A stretch of DNA of 64,000 nucleotides from assembly GCA_965197475.1 (NCBI GenBank), contig CBDANF010000002.1, forward strand, positions 1 to 64,000, read 5' to 3'. Origin of the DNA: Candidatus Poribacteria bacterium (GTDB lineage: Bacteria; Poribacteria; WGA-4E; WGA-3G). Positions 1 to 9,971 of the stretch are shown piece by piece. The notes under the pieces are model-generated. The model had not been told where the DNA came from. It made no database searches and saw only the letters and a list, made by a program, of their open reading frames with translations. The position numbers and the translations under genes are program-made. The first letter of the stretch is position 1. Each line of letters opens with the position of its first letter.

Positions 1-290
1 AGACCAACAACACCATCCTGTATGGCATCGTTGATTCCTGATGTAGCGACAAATTCAAAACCTTTACGAGATTTCTGGTGAGGTGCTAAAACCGTGTTGA
101 CGTACTCCAGCATCTCCTCAAGTCCCCTCATTTTTCCAGGAGGTTTCGGGAGGGAATGTCCTAACCATTTTTCCAGGTTTCTTAATCGTGTGCTAAGGAA
201 CGCGTGGGAATGAAGGTCAGTTTTTGGTGCTGCTCTTATAGCATTCAGATCGCCTGTGGTGAGGGCTTCAATAATATCAGTATGTCTCAT
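1..290 (-). CDS. Adenosine deaminase family protein, N-terminal part (runs off window start; absent from ORF track)
   Basis: Manual translation from ATG at 290: MRHTDIIEALTTGDLNAIRAAPKTDLHSHAFLSTRL..., containing the PKxDLHxH metal-binding motif; open to base 1. Confidence 0.75.
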   Translation of the reverse strand, partial: MRHTDIIEALTTGDLNAIRAAPKTDLHSHAFLSTRLRNLEKWLGHSLPKPPGKMRGLEEMLEYVNTVLAPHQKSRKGFEFVATSGINDAIQDGVVG

Positions 291-469
291 GTCAAATTTC
301 ATATAATTATGAATCCATTTACTATAATTCATAGACAAGCGTGCTTACGTCAAACTTGCTCCATTGTAACACGATTGGAAACGGAGCGCAATCCAAAAGG
401 ATTCGTAAAGTGCATATATTTGACACTATCACTGTAGCAATATAGAGGTAAATCAACACTTGATTCTTA

Positions 470-1918
470 TTGACTTTCGAGCGAGGAATTGGTATTATGA
501 TCAGCAATAAACTCTACAGAAACAACGAACACAACGATATGCTTATTACACAACTTAAACATCTCAGTCAACCAGAACTCATAAAGAAGGTAGGAATTTG
601 GGTGGTGTCAATTCTACTCCTATTTTTCGGATTTTATTCTAACTTATGGCGCGTCGCTGAACAGCAATGGTTTGCCAATCATCAGAAAGACACTGAAAGC
701 CATATTATGGGAAGAATGGTCAAATCTCACCAAGATGGTATCTTCTCGGCTGGTGGTTTGAATGGATGGGGGACAGCAAAAAGTACTGATGCGGAGTGGA
801 TACCTCCAACAGAAAGGACCCCTCAATATACAGCTTATCTTCACAAACTCTCCTTTGAAAAATTTTCAACGTATATGTCACAACCTGGAGGACAGGGAAT
901 GATTTTTAGTCTACTTGATAGACTAATTCCATTATCGCCTAAAGTCAAGTTACAGATATTCTATGTGCTGACAGCTTTACTTTCAGCAATTGCGCTGGCA
1001 TTCATTATAGGCTGGTTCTATGAGGAGTTTGGCTTGTTGTCTGCTATATTCGTAATAGGTTCAGCAGTGCTTTCTCAATGGTTGACAGTCTTTGGAAAGA
1101 ATCTTTGGTGGAGTCTATGGGCATTCTACCTGCCGATGATTGTCGTGATGTACTTCCTTAAACGCCACAGAATCCCAGAGAACCGTCATTTCATCAGGTT
1201 TGGTATTCTGATTTTCATAGCGGTTTCCATTAAGTGTTTCATCAACGGCTACGAGTACATTACAACAACTCTAATAATGATGATGACTCCGTGTATCTAT
1301 TATGCTGTTCTTGACAAGTGGAGCAGAGACCAATGGGTAAAATGGACGTTTGCAGCCGTACTCGGTTCAGGGGTAGCAATTTTTTTGAGTCTCATAATGT
1401 TATGTTTCCAGATCGGTGCTATGAAAGGTGGCTTCCTTGATGGGGTTGGGCATGTGATCTGGTCTTTTGGAAAGCGCACGTATGGAAATGCGGAAAACTT
1501 CCCACCAGTATATGCTGCCAGTCTTGAAGCAGGGGCGATTGGCGTGGTCATTACCTACATGAACGGTGTTTTTTTTGATCTTAACAACTATCTTACTCAA
1601 GCAAACTCATTTGTCTCTAAATTCCTATTTAAAATCCGCTATTATTATCTGATAATTCTCTTTATAGCGATGTCTGTCCTGCTGTATTTTCGTAGTAATA
1701 AAAAGATGGCGACGGAGCAAAGACAGTACTACATTGCGTTAATCTGGACGACGTGGTTTTCAATTTTAGCACCTTTGTCGTGGCATGTAATCTTCAAGGC
1801 ACACTCATACATTCATACGCACATGAGTTTTCTTCTGTGGCAGATGCCCTTTACTTTCTTTGGTTTTGCTGTGTTCGGATCCGCTGTTATAACATGGACA
1901 AGAAAAGTAAAAGACTGA
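470..1918 (+). CDS. Polytopic membrane protein, possibly GT-C-fold glycosyltransferase (glycan decoration)
   Basis: 482 aa, about 10-11 hydrophobic helices, large loop after the first helix, C-terminal SWHVIFKAHSYIH; function inferred. Confidence 0.5.
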   Translation: MTFERGIGIMISNKLYRNNEHNDMLITQLKHLSQPELIKKVGIWVVSILLLFFGFYSNLWRVAEQQWFANHQKDTESHIMGRMVKSHQDGIFSAGGLNGWGTAKSTDAEWIPPTERTPQYTAYLHKLSFEKFSTYMSQPGGQGMIFSLLDRLIPLSPKVKLQIFYVLTALLSAIALAFIIGWFYEEFGLLSAIFVIGSAVLSQWLTVFGKNLWWSLWAFYLPMIVVMYFLKRHRIPENRHFIRFGILIFIAVSIKCFINGYEYITTTLIMMMTPCIYYAVLDKWSRDQWVKWTFAAVLGSGVAIFLSLIMLCFQIGAMKGGFLDGVGHVIWSFGKRTYGNAENFPPVYAASLEAGAIGVVITYMNGVFFDLNNYLTQANSFVSKFLFKIRYYYLIILFIAMSVLLYFRSNKKMATEQRQYYIALIWTTWFSILAPLSWHVIFKAHSYIHTHMSFLLWQMPFTFFGFAVFGSAVITWTRKVKD

Positions 1919-1957
1919 ATCAAAACAAAGTTAGGCAAAAAGTAGCATGGAGGGAGT

Positions 1958-3775
1958 ATGCGCGTTAATCGATTGGAGCGGTGGATTGGCAGAGACCAAT
2001 TGAATCCCAATGAAATAGATGGTAACCGCTTCTTAAAAGCTGCGATTCTCTTCGCAGATACAGCCATACAATACGGGAGAGACAGATACAGTGGCAAAGA
2101 TATGCCGCTCTTTGCCGATTGCCTTCAGATTGACTATTTGAAGGCACCCAGATCAATGACATCTCACCGTTCAGGCACCGAGCCAAAACCGACGGTTTGG
2201 AGTTTCTTTCAAAATCAGCAGAACCTCATGCGGTTGCTGGCTTCTTTAAGCCAGTTCACCGGGGATGGCACATACATCCGTGCAGCGGGAGAAGCCGCCG
2301 AATACATGTTCAGCAACTACTGGTATCCAGAAAGTGGCGTTCTGCATTGGGGCGGGCACGGCTATGTGGACTTAGTAACCGATAATAGGTATGGCATGAA
2401 GGGTGTTGTCCACGAAATAGAGGACGTATACCCCTACTGGGAATTGCTTAGAGCCGTGGATGCGGACCGAGGCGAAATGCTGATGAAAGGTATTTGGGAA
2501 GCAAATATGAAGGATTGGGATGCCTTACACTACAACCGACACGGTGATTTTAAGAAACAGGTTGATCATGCCAATACATGGAACAGACCTTGGGATGGAT
2601 ACAAAGCACCCGAAATCAGTGGGGATCTCTCATTTATCAGTGTGGCACTGGATATGGCTTATGCCGCTTACAGCTTGGGTTACCAAAAGCAGGAGGAAGC
2701 ACCGCGAATTTGGGCAGAACGCTTACTGAATCTGATTATAAAGCATCGAGATCCAGAGACTGGCATCTGGCCCAATCTGGTGCATCCGCAAAGTTCCAAA
2801 CGCGGGATTAACGTATTCGGCAGAAAATATCCGCAGGCGACTGAACCGAGAGTCTATGTAGGCAACCAGTTGAACCACACCATTACCCAGATGATGGGTA
2901 TGCTTACAATCGTAGAAAATGCCCAAAAGTATGGGCGCGTCGGTGAAATGGCGCACATCAAAGCGGCAGTTGAGCAACACATCATCGGCTTCCTAAACGC
3001 CTCCTACGATCCGAAAAACAATACGTTGAAAAGCATCGTTATTGATGCGACAGATCTCACAGATTTTCGGATAAAGGGACCTTTCAAAACAGAGAAGCTT
3101 TACTTTGGCGCGAAAGAAGGCGGCGCATTTCTGCCGCAAAACATTACGCCGCTCTTTACCTCCGTTTGTGCCCGTGGATATTGGGTTTCTGAGGGCAGAA
3201 GTGAATTCAGAGACTACCTGCGAACCATGTTTAAAGCCTTCGGGCTTGGAGACATTGGTGCTGACAAAAACAGCCAACCACTGTTGAATTTTGACACAAC
3301 TGCCTTAGAACCCGCTTATATCTTCGCGTTAGTGGATCTGTATCGGGTGGAACCAAAAGCAGAATTTCTAACAATGGCGGAGCAGATAGGGGACAATCTG
3401 CTTCAAGGCAGACAACATGAAGGTAGCGGTCTCTTTACACTTGAAGATGGTTTTATTTTTCATAGCCGGGTTATGGATAAACCCGAACTCCAGGAATCGC
3501 ATGAAGGGAAATGTGTGACTGATCTTCTGCAGGACAGTCATAAAACTGCTAATCTTGATGCGATGGAACCACTTGCACTGCTCAGCATCTACGCCGCACA
3601 AACAGGACAGTACAATATCATGCCCAGTTGGACTGCTGGTGGTCTTTACCTTAAAGTGAGTAGCGTTGGTCATATAGTAAGCAAAGAGATGCAGCTATGG
3701 TTTGATAAACCAGCACTAAAGCAATTTTACAAGGATTGTAATATCAACTGTACCTGGTCTATTGACGAAGACTGA
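1958..3775 (+). CDS. Polysaccharide lyase family 2 (PelW-like pectate/oligogalacturonate lyase)
   Basis: LFADC, HWGGHGYVDL, HEIE and YNRHG segments resemble PL2 motifs; GGAGG RBS upstream; no signal peptide. Confidence 0.65.
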   Translation: MRVNRLERWIGRDQLNPNEIDGNRFLKAAILFADTAIQYGRDRYSGKDMPLFADCLQIDYLKAPRSMTSHRSGTEPKPTVWSFFQNQQNLMRLLASLSQFTGDGTYIRAAGEAAEYMFSNYWYPESGVLHWGGHGYVDLVTDNRYGMKGVVHEIEDVYPYWELLRAVDADRGEMLMKGIWEANMKDWDALHYNRHGDFKKQVDHANTWNRPWDGYKAPEISGDLSFISVALDMAYAAYSLGYQKQEEAPRIWAERLLNLIIKHRDPETGIWPNLVHPQSSKRGINVFGRKYPQATEPRVYVGNQLNHTITQMMGMLTIVENAQKYGRVGEMAHIKAAVEQHIIGFLNASYDPKNNTLKSIVIDATDLTDFRIKGPFKTEKLYFGAKEGGAFLPQNITPLFTSVCARGYWVSEGRSEFRDYLRTMFKAFGLGDIGADKNSQPLLNFDTTALEPAYIFALVDLYRVEPKAEFLTMAEQIGDNLLQGRQHEGSGLFTLEDGFIFHSRVMDKPELQESHEGKCVTDLLQDSHKTANLDAMEPLALLSIYAAQTGQYNIMPSWTAGGLYLKVSSVGHIVSKEMQLWFDKPALKQFYKDCNINCTWSIDED

Positions 3776-3778
3776 AAT

Positions 3779-3828
3779 GGCTGTCAGCAAAGAGATTTTG
3801 TTTAACAGAAGTCTCTTTACTGATGGCT
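3779..3828. repeat. REP-like hairpin or terminator after the PL2 gene; partial second copy near 7446-7466
   Basis: gctgtcagcaaagagattt ... aagtctctttactgatggc imperfect stem; gaagtctctttactgatgg recurs near 7448. Confidence 0.55.
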
Positions 3829-3854
3829 AAGGTTTGATTTTTGTGATTCTGTGT

Positions 3855-3883
3855 TTGACATTTTTCGACAAATTGACTATAAT
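3855..3883 (+). promoter_or_regulatory. Consensus sigma70 promoter with no convincing downstream ORF for about 1.5 kb
   Basis: TTGACA(3855-3860), 17 bp, TATAAT(3878-3883). Confidence 0.75.
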
Positions 3884-3912
3884 TACTATAGTGTATCTCA
3901 GAAATACTTTAT

Positions 3913-3984
3913 CTGATATTTATCAGAATCGTTCAGATGTCAATGTTTATCAGTGTTTTCTCGTTTATTCGTCATGAAAATGCG
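3913..3984 (-). repeat. 72-bp site, copy 1 (inverted)
   Basis: Reverse complement reads CGCATTTTCATG-N44-TTCTGATAAATATCAG. Confidence 0.75.
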
Positions 3985-4242
3985 CGCTGAGATCAGACAG
4001 CACCTACCTTTGTCCCATGAGTTCAAGTTTGATCTGATGAAAGGTTTTTCGCACGGAACGACTCACATGCTGTATTAAAAGATAGCTCATCACTTTCACG
4101 CCTAAGTTCGCATACGCACCATTTTGTCCTTTTAGACTCGCTGAGTTAGCATGAGATGTTCTCCTAATGTATTTTATATTCAAAACTGTAATTAAGATGT
4201 GATCTCATGCTAAAAAGTCAGGGAATTTCTACACAGCAAAAA

Positions 4243-4314
4243 CGCATTTTCATGGCGTTACATTTTGTTTCTATTGATGGTTATTAGGTTGAAGACCATT
4301 CTGAGAAATATCAG
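4243..4314 (+). repeat. 72-bp site, copy 2
   Basis: CGCATTTTCATG-N44-TTCTGAGAAATATCAG. Confidence 0.8.
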
Positions 4315-4410
4315 CTATAGCATTTTTGGCGGAATTGTCCTGCTGATTTACGCATTTTTGGCGTTGAGTTATGCTAAATATGCTGATTCGGAGTCTGATT
4401 CATTTTTTTA

Positions 4411-4439
4411 TTGCACAAATTTTGTATAATTGCTACAAT
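4411..4439 (+). promoter_or_regulatory. Putative sigma70 promoter
   Basis: TTGCAC, 17 bp, TACAAT. Confidence 0.5.
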
Positions 4440-4445
4440 ATATGT

Positions 4446-4605
4446 GACGTTAAAAATTCACGAAGAGCGCGTGGGTTACGTCAGGGCTGCTACCTAATCT
4501 ATTTAGGTGCGCCGCCGGTGGTCACACACCAAGCGACGCTTAGCACTGCCATAAGTGAACTATGACAGCGCTGGTTTCTATTATAGCAGAAAGCCACGCT
4601 TTTTG
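4446..4605 (+). ncRNA. Candidate structured RNA (multi-stem) downstream of the promoter at 4411
   Basis: GC-rich island with stems acctaa/ttaggt, agcactgccata/tatgacagcgct, ggtttct/agaaagcc, closed by gcgtgg/ccacgc and followed by a T run; no convincing ORF. Confidence 0.35.
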
Positions 4606-4974
4606 TTAGTTTTAAGTGGAAACCAGCTCCCTATAGGGACGAGTTGCCTGAAAAATTCTTCTCTTTCGTTGACAGATGTGTCTGTCAATCCTCCCTGTAG
4701 ACTGTCAAAACGTGTATACACAACCCTGGTGTTATTTTGATACAGTCTAAATTTGAAATACACCCATAAATTATTATATATCACAACGCGTAGTAACTTA
4801 TGCGTTTACATAAGTCTACAGAAACTTGTTGTGGCTGCAGACACAATGTTCAATTGAGTGCCGTCGCCATCCTTAAAAGGATCTCGTGGCGTGACTAAAA
4901 CGGGCAAAGGATGTCGCTGCTTGGCCAGTGTTGTAGGTTATATACAAGTATAACTGGCATTGTGAAATTGTCAA

Positions 4975-5119
4975 TAGGACTTACGCAATAACTTTAAAAG
5001 TCCCCTTGATAAGGGGTTTAGGGGGTTAAAAACATCGAAATAACGGCTTTTTGAGTAAAATATCATGCAGAATACCACACGCGTATTCTGCTTGTTCTGC
5101 TCAATTTGCGTAAGTCCTG
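4975..5119. mobile_element. MITE, 145 bp
   Basis: 13-bp IR AGGACTTACGCAA(4976-4988)/TTGCGTAAGTCCT(5106-5118); 5-bp flanking direct repeat GTCAA (4970-4974, 5120-5124). Confidence 0.8.
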
Positions 5120-5173
5120 GTCAATTAAACGGGTTTACCTACGAAAAAGAAGGCAAAATCATCATAACGAATA

Positions 5174-5245
5174 CGCATTTTCATGTTCGTATAAGTGTTT
5201 TGTATTGATGGTTATTAGGTTTAGAACAATTTTGAGAAATATCAG
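5174..5245 (+). repeat. 72-bp site, copy 3
   Basis: CGCATTTTCATG-N44-TTTTGAGAAATATCAG; shares TATTGATGGTTATTAGGTT with copy 2. Confidence 0.8.
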
Positions 5246-5394
5246 TTTATTAACATGCCTATACAAGCGAGATATGAAAAGTGCAATTTGTAGGGTATCC
5301 GATTTTTCATATCACAATTTAACCCAAACCTTTGTAAAGTTTTCCGTGCGGTTGCTGCAAAAACAACCCAACCAAATATTCAATAGGAGATTAG

Positions 5395-6108
5395 ATGAGA
5401 TATTCAATTTTATATTATAGCTTAATCGCTATGATTTCTGTATTTTTAGCAGGATGTATACCTGCTAACATTGAACCTGAACCTCCACGGGCAATTGTTA
5501 ATTTTGATTATACACCTCCATCAGAAGCGGTCCCTGGCTCAGCGGATGCGACATTTTCAGTCGTTGGTACAAAGTTTGAGACACCCGTTCCTCTTTTTAA
5601 GACTTTTGCCAGTAACATGACAAAGGATTTTGGAGAGATACTCACCGCCCGTGGCTTTGGAGTTAGAGGACCTTTCATGGCGTACAATGATATGACCTAT
5701 TCTGACAAAGAAGGAAGTGATTTGATGCTTACTGCTGAAGTAGAATTCAGCTCAGATACAAGTCAAATCCAATATTCTTCTTTTGGAATACCGAGTGGAT
5801 CTGTGACAGTCAAATGCCATGTTAATCTTATCGTTTCCGAAAGTATTACAAACGAGAGGTTATGGACAAGGAGTATAGCCATAACACCTTTTACAGTCAA
5901 CCTTAGATCGAGAAACACTTATACACCGAGAGCGAGTTTGGCGATACTTTTGGTAAATGAGAACAGATTCTACTCAGATGTAAGTCATGCTCTTGATGCT
6001 CAGTATAAAGAGATTATGAACAAAATTTACGGGTATCTTGATGCTAAAGAGATGAAAGTTGTCACACAATCCGCTCGTGACTTGCGGAAGAAAAAAGTTA
6101 TTCAATAA
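5395..6108 (+). CDS. Lipoprotein of unknown function, paralogue 1
   Basis: Lipobox LAGC; AGGAG RBS; clearly homologous to 6175-6996. Confidence 0.8.
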   Translation: MRYSILYYSLIAMISVFLAGCIPANIEPEPPRAIVNFDYTPPSEAVPGSADATFSVVGTKFETPVPLFKTFASNMTKDFGEILTARGFGVRGPFMAYNDMTYSDKEGSDLMLTAEVEFSSDTSQIQYSSFGIPSGSVTVKCHVNLIVSESITNERLWTRSIAITPFTVNLRSRNTYTPRASLAILLVNENRFYSDVSHALDAQYKEIMNKIYGYLDAKEMKVVTQSARDLRKKKVIQ

Positions 6109-6174
6109 GTAATGTTGTTAAGCACTAAACATAATAAATTTAGAATATATCATTCATCTATAAGGAGGATTTAA

Positions 6175-6996
6175 ATGAGATATTCAAACTTTCTAAAAAA
6201 TAGCATGGTTGCTATTATTTGTGTTATTATTTTCGTAGGATGTGCTGCGGGCACCTCTAAATTATCGCGTGAAACAATTGTATTTCAATATACCCCTGAA
6301 TCAGAGGCTGCCTCAGGTTCAGCAGATGTAACATTTGCTGTCGTTGGCACGCAATTAGCAAAACCTGTTCAACCAGGACAAACGCAATTACCGAATCAAG
6401 CCCCTGTAAAACTCTTCGCTGATTTTGCAAGTACTATGACGAAAGACTTTATGGAGGTACTTGGTGCTCAAGGTTTCGGTGTCAGAGGTCCCTACAATAC
6501 CTACGATGACATGATTTTCCCCGACAAGCAAGGAAGTGATTTAGTCTTTACTGCGGAGGTCCTGTTTTCTGCGGACACGAGCGGTGCTCAGCTTAAGCAG
6601 CCATTGCTATCTACCACAACCTATAGAATCATAGGTCCGGTCACAGTGAATTATGATGTCAAACTCGTTGTCAGTGAAAGTCTGACGAATGAACGTATGT
6701 GGACAAAGACTATAAACATTGAACCGTTTACAATTCAGCTGGAATCCCAGTATGCTTATTCCCTACAGTATTTGGCTGAGCATTCCATGAAATATGGAAA
6801 AGTTTTCCAAGGTAATGGTGATGTTCCTATAGAGGTAATCTTAGAGAAAGAGAACAAATTCCATAATGATCTCGGTCATGCCCTTGAAAAACAATATAAG
6901 GAAATCTTAGGAAAGATTTACACGTACCTTGATCCGAGGGAAATGACTATTGTGAAAAACCAATCCCTGGAGATACGTAAGAAAAAAGTCTTTTAA
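6175..6996 (+). CDS. Lipoprotein of unknown function, paralogue 2
   Basis: Lipobox FVGC; shares MTKDF, GFGVRGP, DKxGSDL, NERxWT and C-terminal RKKKV with paralogue 1. Confidence 0.8.
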   Translation: MRYSNFLKNSMVAIICVIIFVGCAAGTSKLSRETIVFQYTPESEAASGSADVTFAVVGTQLAKPVQPGQTQLPNQAPVKLFADFASTMTKDFMEVLGAQGFGVRGPYNTYDDMIFPDKQGSDLVFTAEVLFSADTSGAQLKQPLLSTTTYRIIGPVTVNYDVKLVVSESLTNERMWTKTINIEPFTIQLESQYAYSLQYLAEHSMKYGKVFQGNGDVPIEVILEKENKFHNDLGHALEKQYKEILGKIYTYLDPREMTIVKNQSLEIRKKKVF

Positions 6997-7029
6997 TTCA
7001 TTGGCCTCAAAAGTTTACGTTACAAAGAT

Positions 7030-7065
7030 AACTCTCTGCTGGCTTTTTGCCAGCAGAGAGTTTTA
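7030..7065 (+). terminator. Intrinsic terminator
   Basis: aactctctgctggc/gccagcagagagtt 14-bp stem ending in TTTT. Confidence 0.8.
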
Positions 7066-7109
7066 TGTGCATCGTAGAAAGGGATAACTAGAAGAAGGAG
7101 ACATTTTTT

Positions 7110-7353
7110 ATGAAAACACCTGCTGATTCTTTCACTGTTTTATTTCATGCTTGCATTTGCTCAAAGTGCCTTTGCCCAAGATTACACAAAATGGAGTTTG
7201 CCAGAGGTTGCAAAGGCACAACTTGGTAAAGGTTGGATTTCTGAGATACAGTATTCTCCAGATGGAAAGCGTTTAGCGGTTGTGAGTAGTATCGATGTCT
7301 GGCTATATGATCCACAGAAAATCCTGGTTCAGACAACAAACATCCTACCTTAA
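7110..7353 (+). pseudogene. Truncated secreted WD40-repeat protein (signal peptide + one repeat), frameshifted near the start
   Basis: AAGGAG RBS and ATG at 7110; removing one A from 7113-7116 gives MKHLLILSLFYFMLAFAQSAFAQDYTKWSLPE...YSPDGKRLAV..VWLYD, then an early stop. Confidence 0.65.
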
Positions 7354-7554
7354 ACGATCAAAGCGAAAATTCAACTTTTACATAGAAAATTGACGAAAAC
7401 TAAAATTGTTTGCTTTGCAGTGAGAACTAATAGGTTTTTGAATAAAGAAGTCTCTTTACTGATGGGTAATGGCTAATAAAAATGTTGACAACTTCACCGA
7501 AGTTAACATATCATGTGCAATAAGTATCAACCTGCTGTTGAAGGAGAGTATATC

Positions 7555-8326
7555 ATGAAAAATTTACGTATCCGAATCCTGGTTTGGCTATTTGCCATAA
7601 GCCTTATAATGCCCAGTATACTTTCAGCAAAGAACTTGGCACTTGAATTAGATGGATCCACGGCGATTAAAGTCCGTAATAGCGATAGTATCAATCCCAG
7701 AAAAGCCATAACAATCGAGGCGTGGATGAACATGGAAAAACAGGTCGGTGAATGCCTCGCCAAAGATTGGGGCGGCAAAAGGGACTACATTTTTCCAGAG
7801 ATTATCCAAAATGGAGCGGGATTGCGTTTTGTACTCTGGCCCGGAACGAAAATCCTTGATGTCCAGGGCTTAAAACTCAATGAATGGCAGCATGTTGCTG
7901 GTGTTTGGGATGGAAAAGAGATGCGGACGTATATTGATGGGAAGAAGATGGGAAGTACGCCCTATGATGCACCTGAGTTAGCGGCCACCGATGCGAGTCT
8001 ATATATCGGTGTGGGAGACAGTAAAAATTGGTTCTGCCAAGGGGCTCATAGACGAAATCCGCATCTGGGAAGTGGCACGGACAGAAGCGGAAATTAACGA
8101 ATTTATGATGAAGATACTTGACGGAGATGAGGACGGCTTAAACGCGCAGTACAGCTTTGATGAAGGGGATTCCAGAGATAGCACCCGGAACAAAAACGAC
8201 GGTCACAGGGGGTTTGGGAAACCGGCATACGTCGATGTTACAAACCAACTGAATCTTGAGCCGCTTGCTATAGATGCTAAAGATAAACTCGCTACGACAT
8301 GGGCATGGTTGAAGCGAACTCGCTGA
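7555..8326 (+). CDS. Secreted LamG/concanavalin-like domain protein, split by a +1 frameshift at GGGG 8041-8044
   Basis: ITIEAW, WQHVAGVWDG, YIDG, then in the second frame GLIDEIRIW; C-terminal KLATTWAWLK. Confidence 0.8.
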
Positions 8327-8359
8327 TGGGTTGTCAACCGTCTGAAAGGAGTACGAAAA

Positions 8360-9163
8360 ATGGCGAAAACTCTCTCACTCGTTGCCTACAACGACTTAGA
8401 AAGCCAAGTTGAAGCACTGGAAAGGGATGGTTATGTCTATTTCCCCAGTGTGCTTGATGTTGAGGAAGTCGCCGAATTGCGAACAACCATGGATCGATTA
8501 CAAGCGATCCCAGAGTGCTTGGATAAACACCAAACGCCTGAAAATGGTGGTAAATTCCTCAACAAAATCATCAACAACTCGTTTAATCGAGATTCACTGT
8601 TTCTCCAATTCCTTGACAAATCACCGATTGTTGAGGTAGCAGAGGCGACGCACGGCGACGATTGTCATTGCATCGGTATGCAATCGTGGCTGACAGGACC
8701 GGGACGGCCGGATCAAGGGTTACATACCGATTGGCTGCCAGTCCCACTACCGGCAGACATTCGTTCCGATCCACGCGTCAAAATCCCTATCTTCATCACC
8801 ACCGCCCATTACTATCTCAACGATATGTCCGAGGAATTGGGACCGACGAAGTTTGTCCCGGGCAGCCATTTCTCCGGGTGCTCCCCAACCGGAGAAACCG
8901 AGTGGAATAACCGGACAGAAGAGAGTATCTTATGCAATGCGGGGGACGTGGTACTCTTCCGCAGCGAAGTCTGGCATCGTGGTTCTGCCAATACGACTGA
9001 CGAAACCCGTTACCTCTTGCAGGTCCACTATGCCAAACGGATGATTACACAGAAATACCCACCCTATCTGAATAAATTTCAGTTTGATGAATCAATTCTC
9101 GCCCAAGCGAACCCTCGGCAGAGACGGCTCCTCGGCGACCATCGACCCAGTAATTATGATTGA
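8360..9163 (+). CDS. Phytanoyl-CoA dioxygenase (PhyH) family Fe/2OG oxygenase
   Basis: DGY, HTD, GPTKFVPGSH, GDVVLF...WHRGSAN...R motifs. Confidence 0.9.
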   Translation: MAKTLSLVAYNDLESQVEALERDGYVYFPSVLDVEEVAELRTTMDRLQAIPECLDKHQTPENGGKFLNKIINNSFNRDSLFLQFLDKSPIVEVAEATHGDDCHCIGMQSWLTGPGRPDQGLHTDWLPVPLPADIRSDPRVKIPIFITTAHYYLNDMSEELGPTKFVPGSHFSGCSPTGETEWNNRTEESILCNAGDVVLFRSEVWHRGSANTTDETRYLLQVHYAKRMITQKYPPYLNKFQFDESILAQANPRQRRLLGDHRPSNYD

Positions 9164-9390
9164 GGTTTTTTAAGAAACCTTTCATAACCTAAAGCAATGT
9201 CTCTACTAACTTAAGATCGTTGCCAACATCGGAGGCAACACGCAGAAGCAGTGATTAAAAAGCCTTGAATTATGAGCCTTCTCAAATCATATCCCAACTT
9301 GACTCTGAAGAATCCTTCGATTTCCGATCATCTAATTTGTGGGAGGAATTGACATATCACCCACTAAACTTACTTTCATGGAGGATAATC

Positions 9391-9765
9391 ATGTCCAAAA
9401 ACTCTGTTTCACTTATGGTCGTATTAACCTTATTTCTTATCGCTTGCGGTGAGGATGTCGATTATCTTGGGGAATCCTATTCGCCTATCTCCGATGTGGA
9501 TGTTTACTTTTCTGAGGATGATGTAAGCGAAGACTATCGGAAGATGGGTGATGCTTCTGTAAAAGGAGATGATCTAGAGAAGTTACGAGAAAAGTTAAGA
9601 AAGAAGGCAGGCGAGGAGGGTGCTGATGGAATCATTTATACAGGATTCGAGCCGATAAAGACCGGAGAAGTAGAAAGAACCGATGCCGTCGGGAACACCA
9701 TCACGCAAGACACAAGAACGTATCGGGCTACAGCGATTTTTATTAAGTATACGAAGAATCTGTAA
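9391..9765 (+). CDS. Small lipoprotein (YbjQ-like fold possible)
   Basis: GGAGG RBS, start 9391, lipobox LIAC, KAGEEGADGII. Confidence 0.7.
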   Translation: MSKNSVSLMVVLTLFLIACGEDVDYLGESYSPISDVDVYFSEDDVSEDYRKMGDASVKGDDLEKLREKLRKKAGEEGADGIIYTGFEPIKTGEVERTDAVGNTITQDTRTYRATAIFIKYTKNL

Positions 9766-9971
9766 GGTAGGACTTCTTAGCCCGACCTACCGCTACCACA
9801 ACTGATAATGCTGTATGCCGGAGAATGCCACATTCAATGGAAAAAAGAGCACACTACCCGATGAAGTGTTTGCAAGGTTGAAGGTCGGCGACGTGTTGGC
9901 GGATGATGAGTATCTGCCATTGGTTTTCTCGTATCGCGATGGTAGGACGCTGTCAGATAAATCATAAAGAT

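Noticed and set aside
9815-9967. 50-aa ORF MPENATFNGKK...
   Set aside because: No RBS or family motif; possibly a gene remnant
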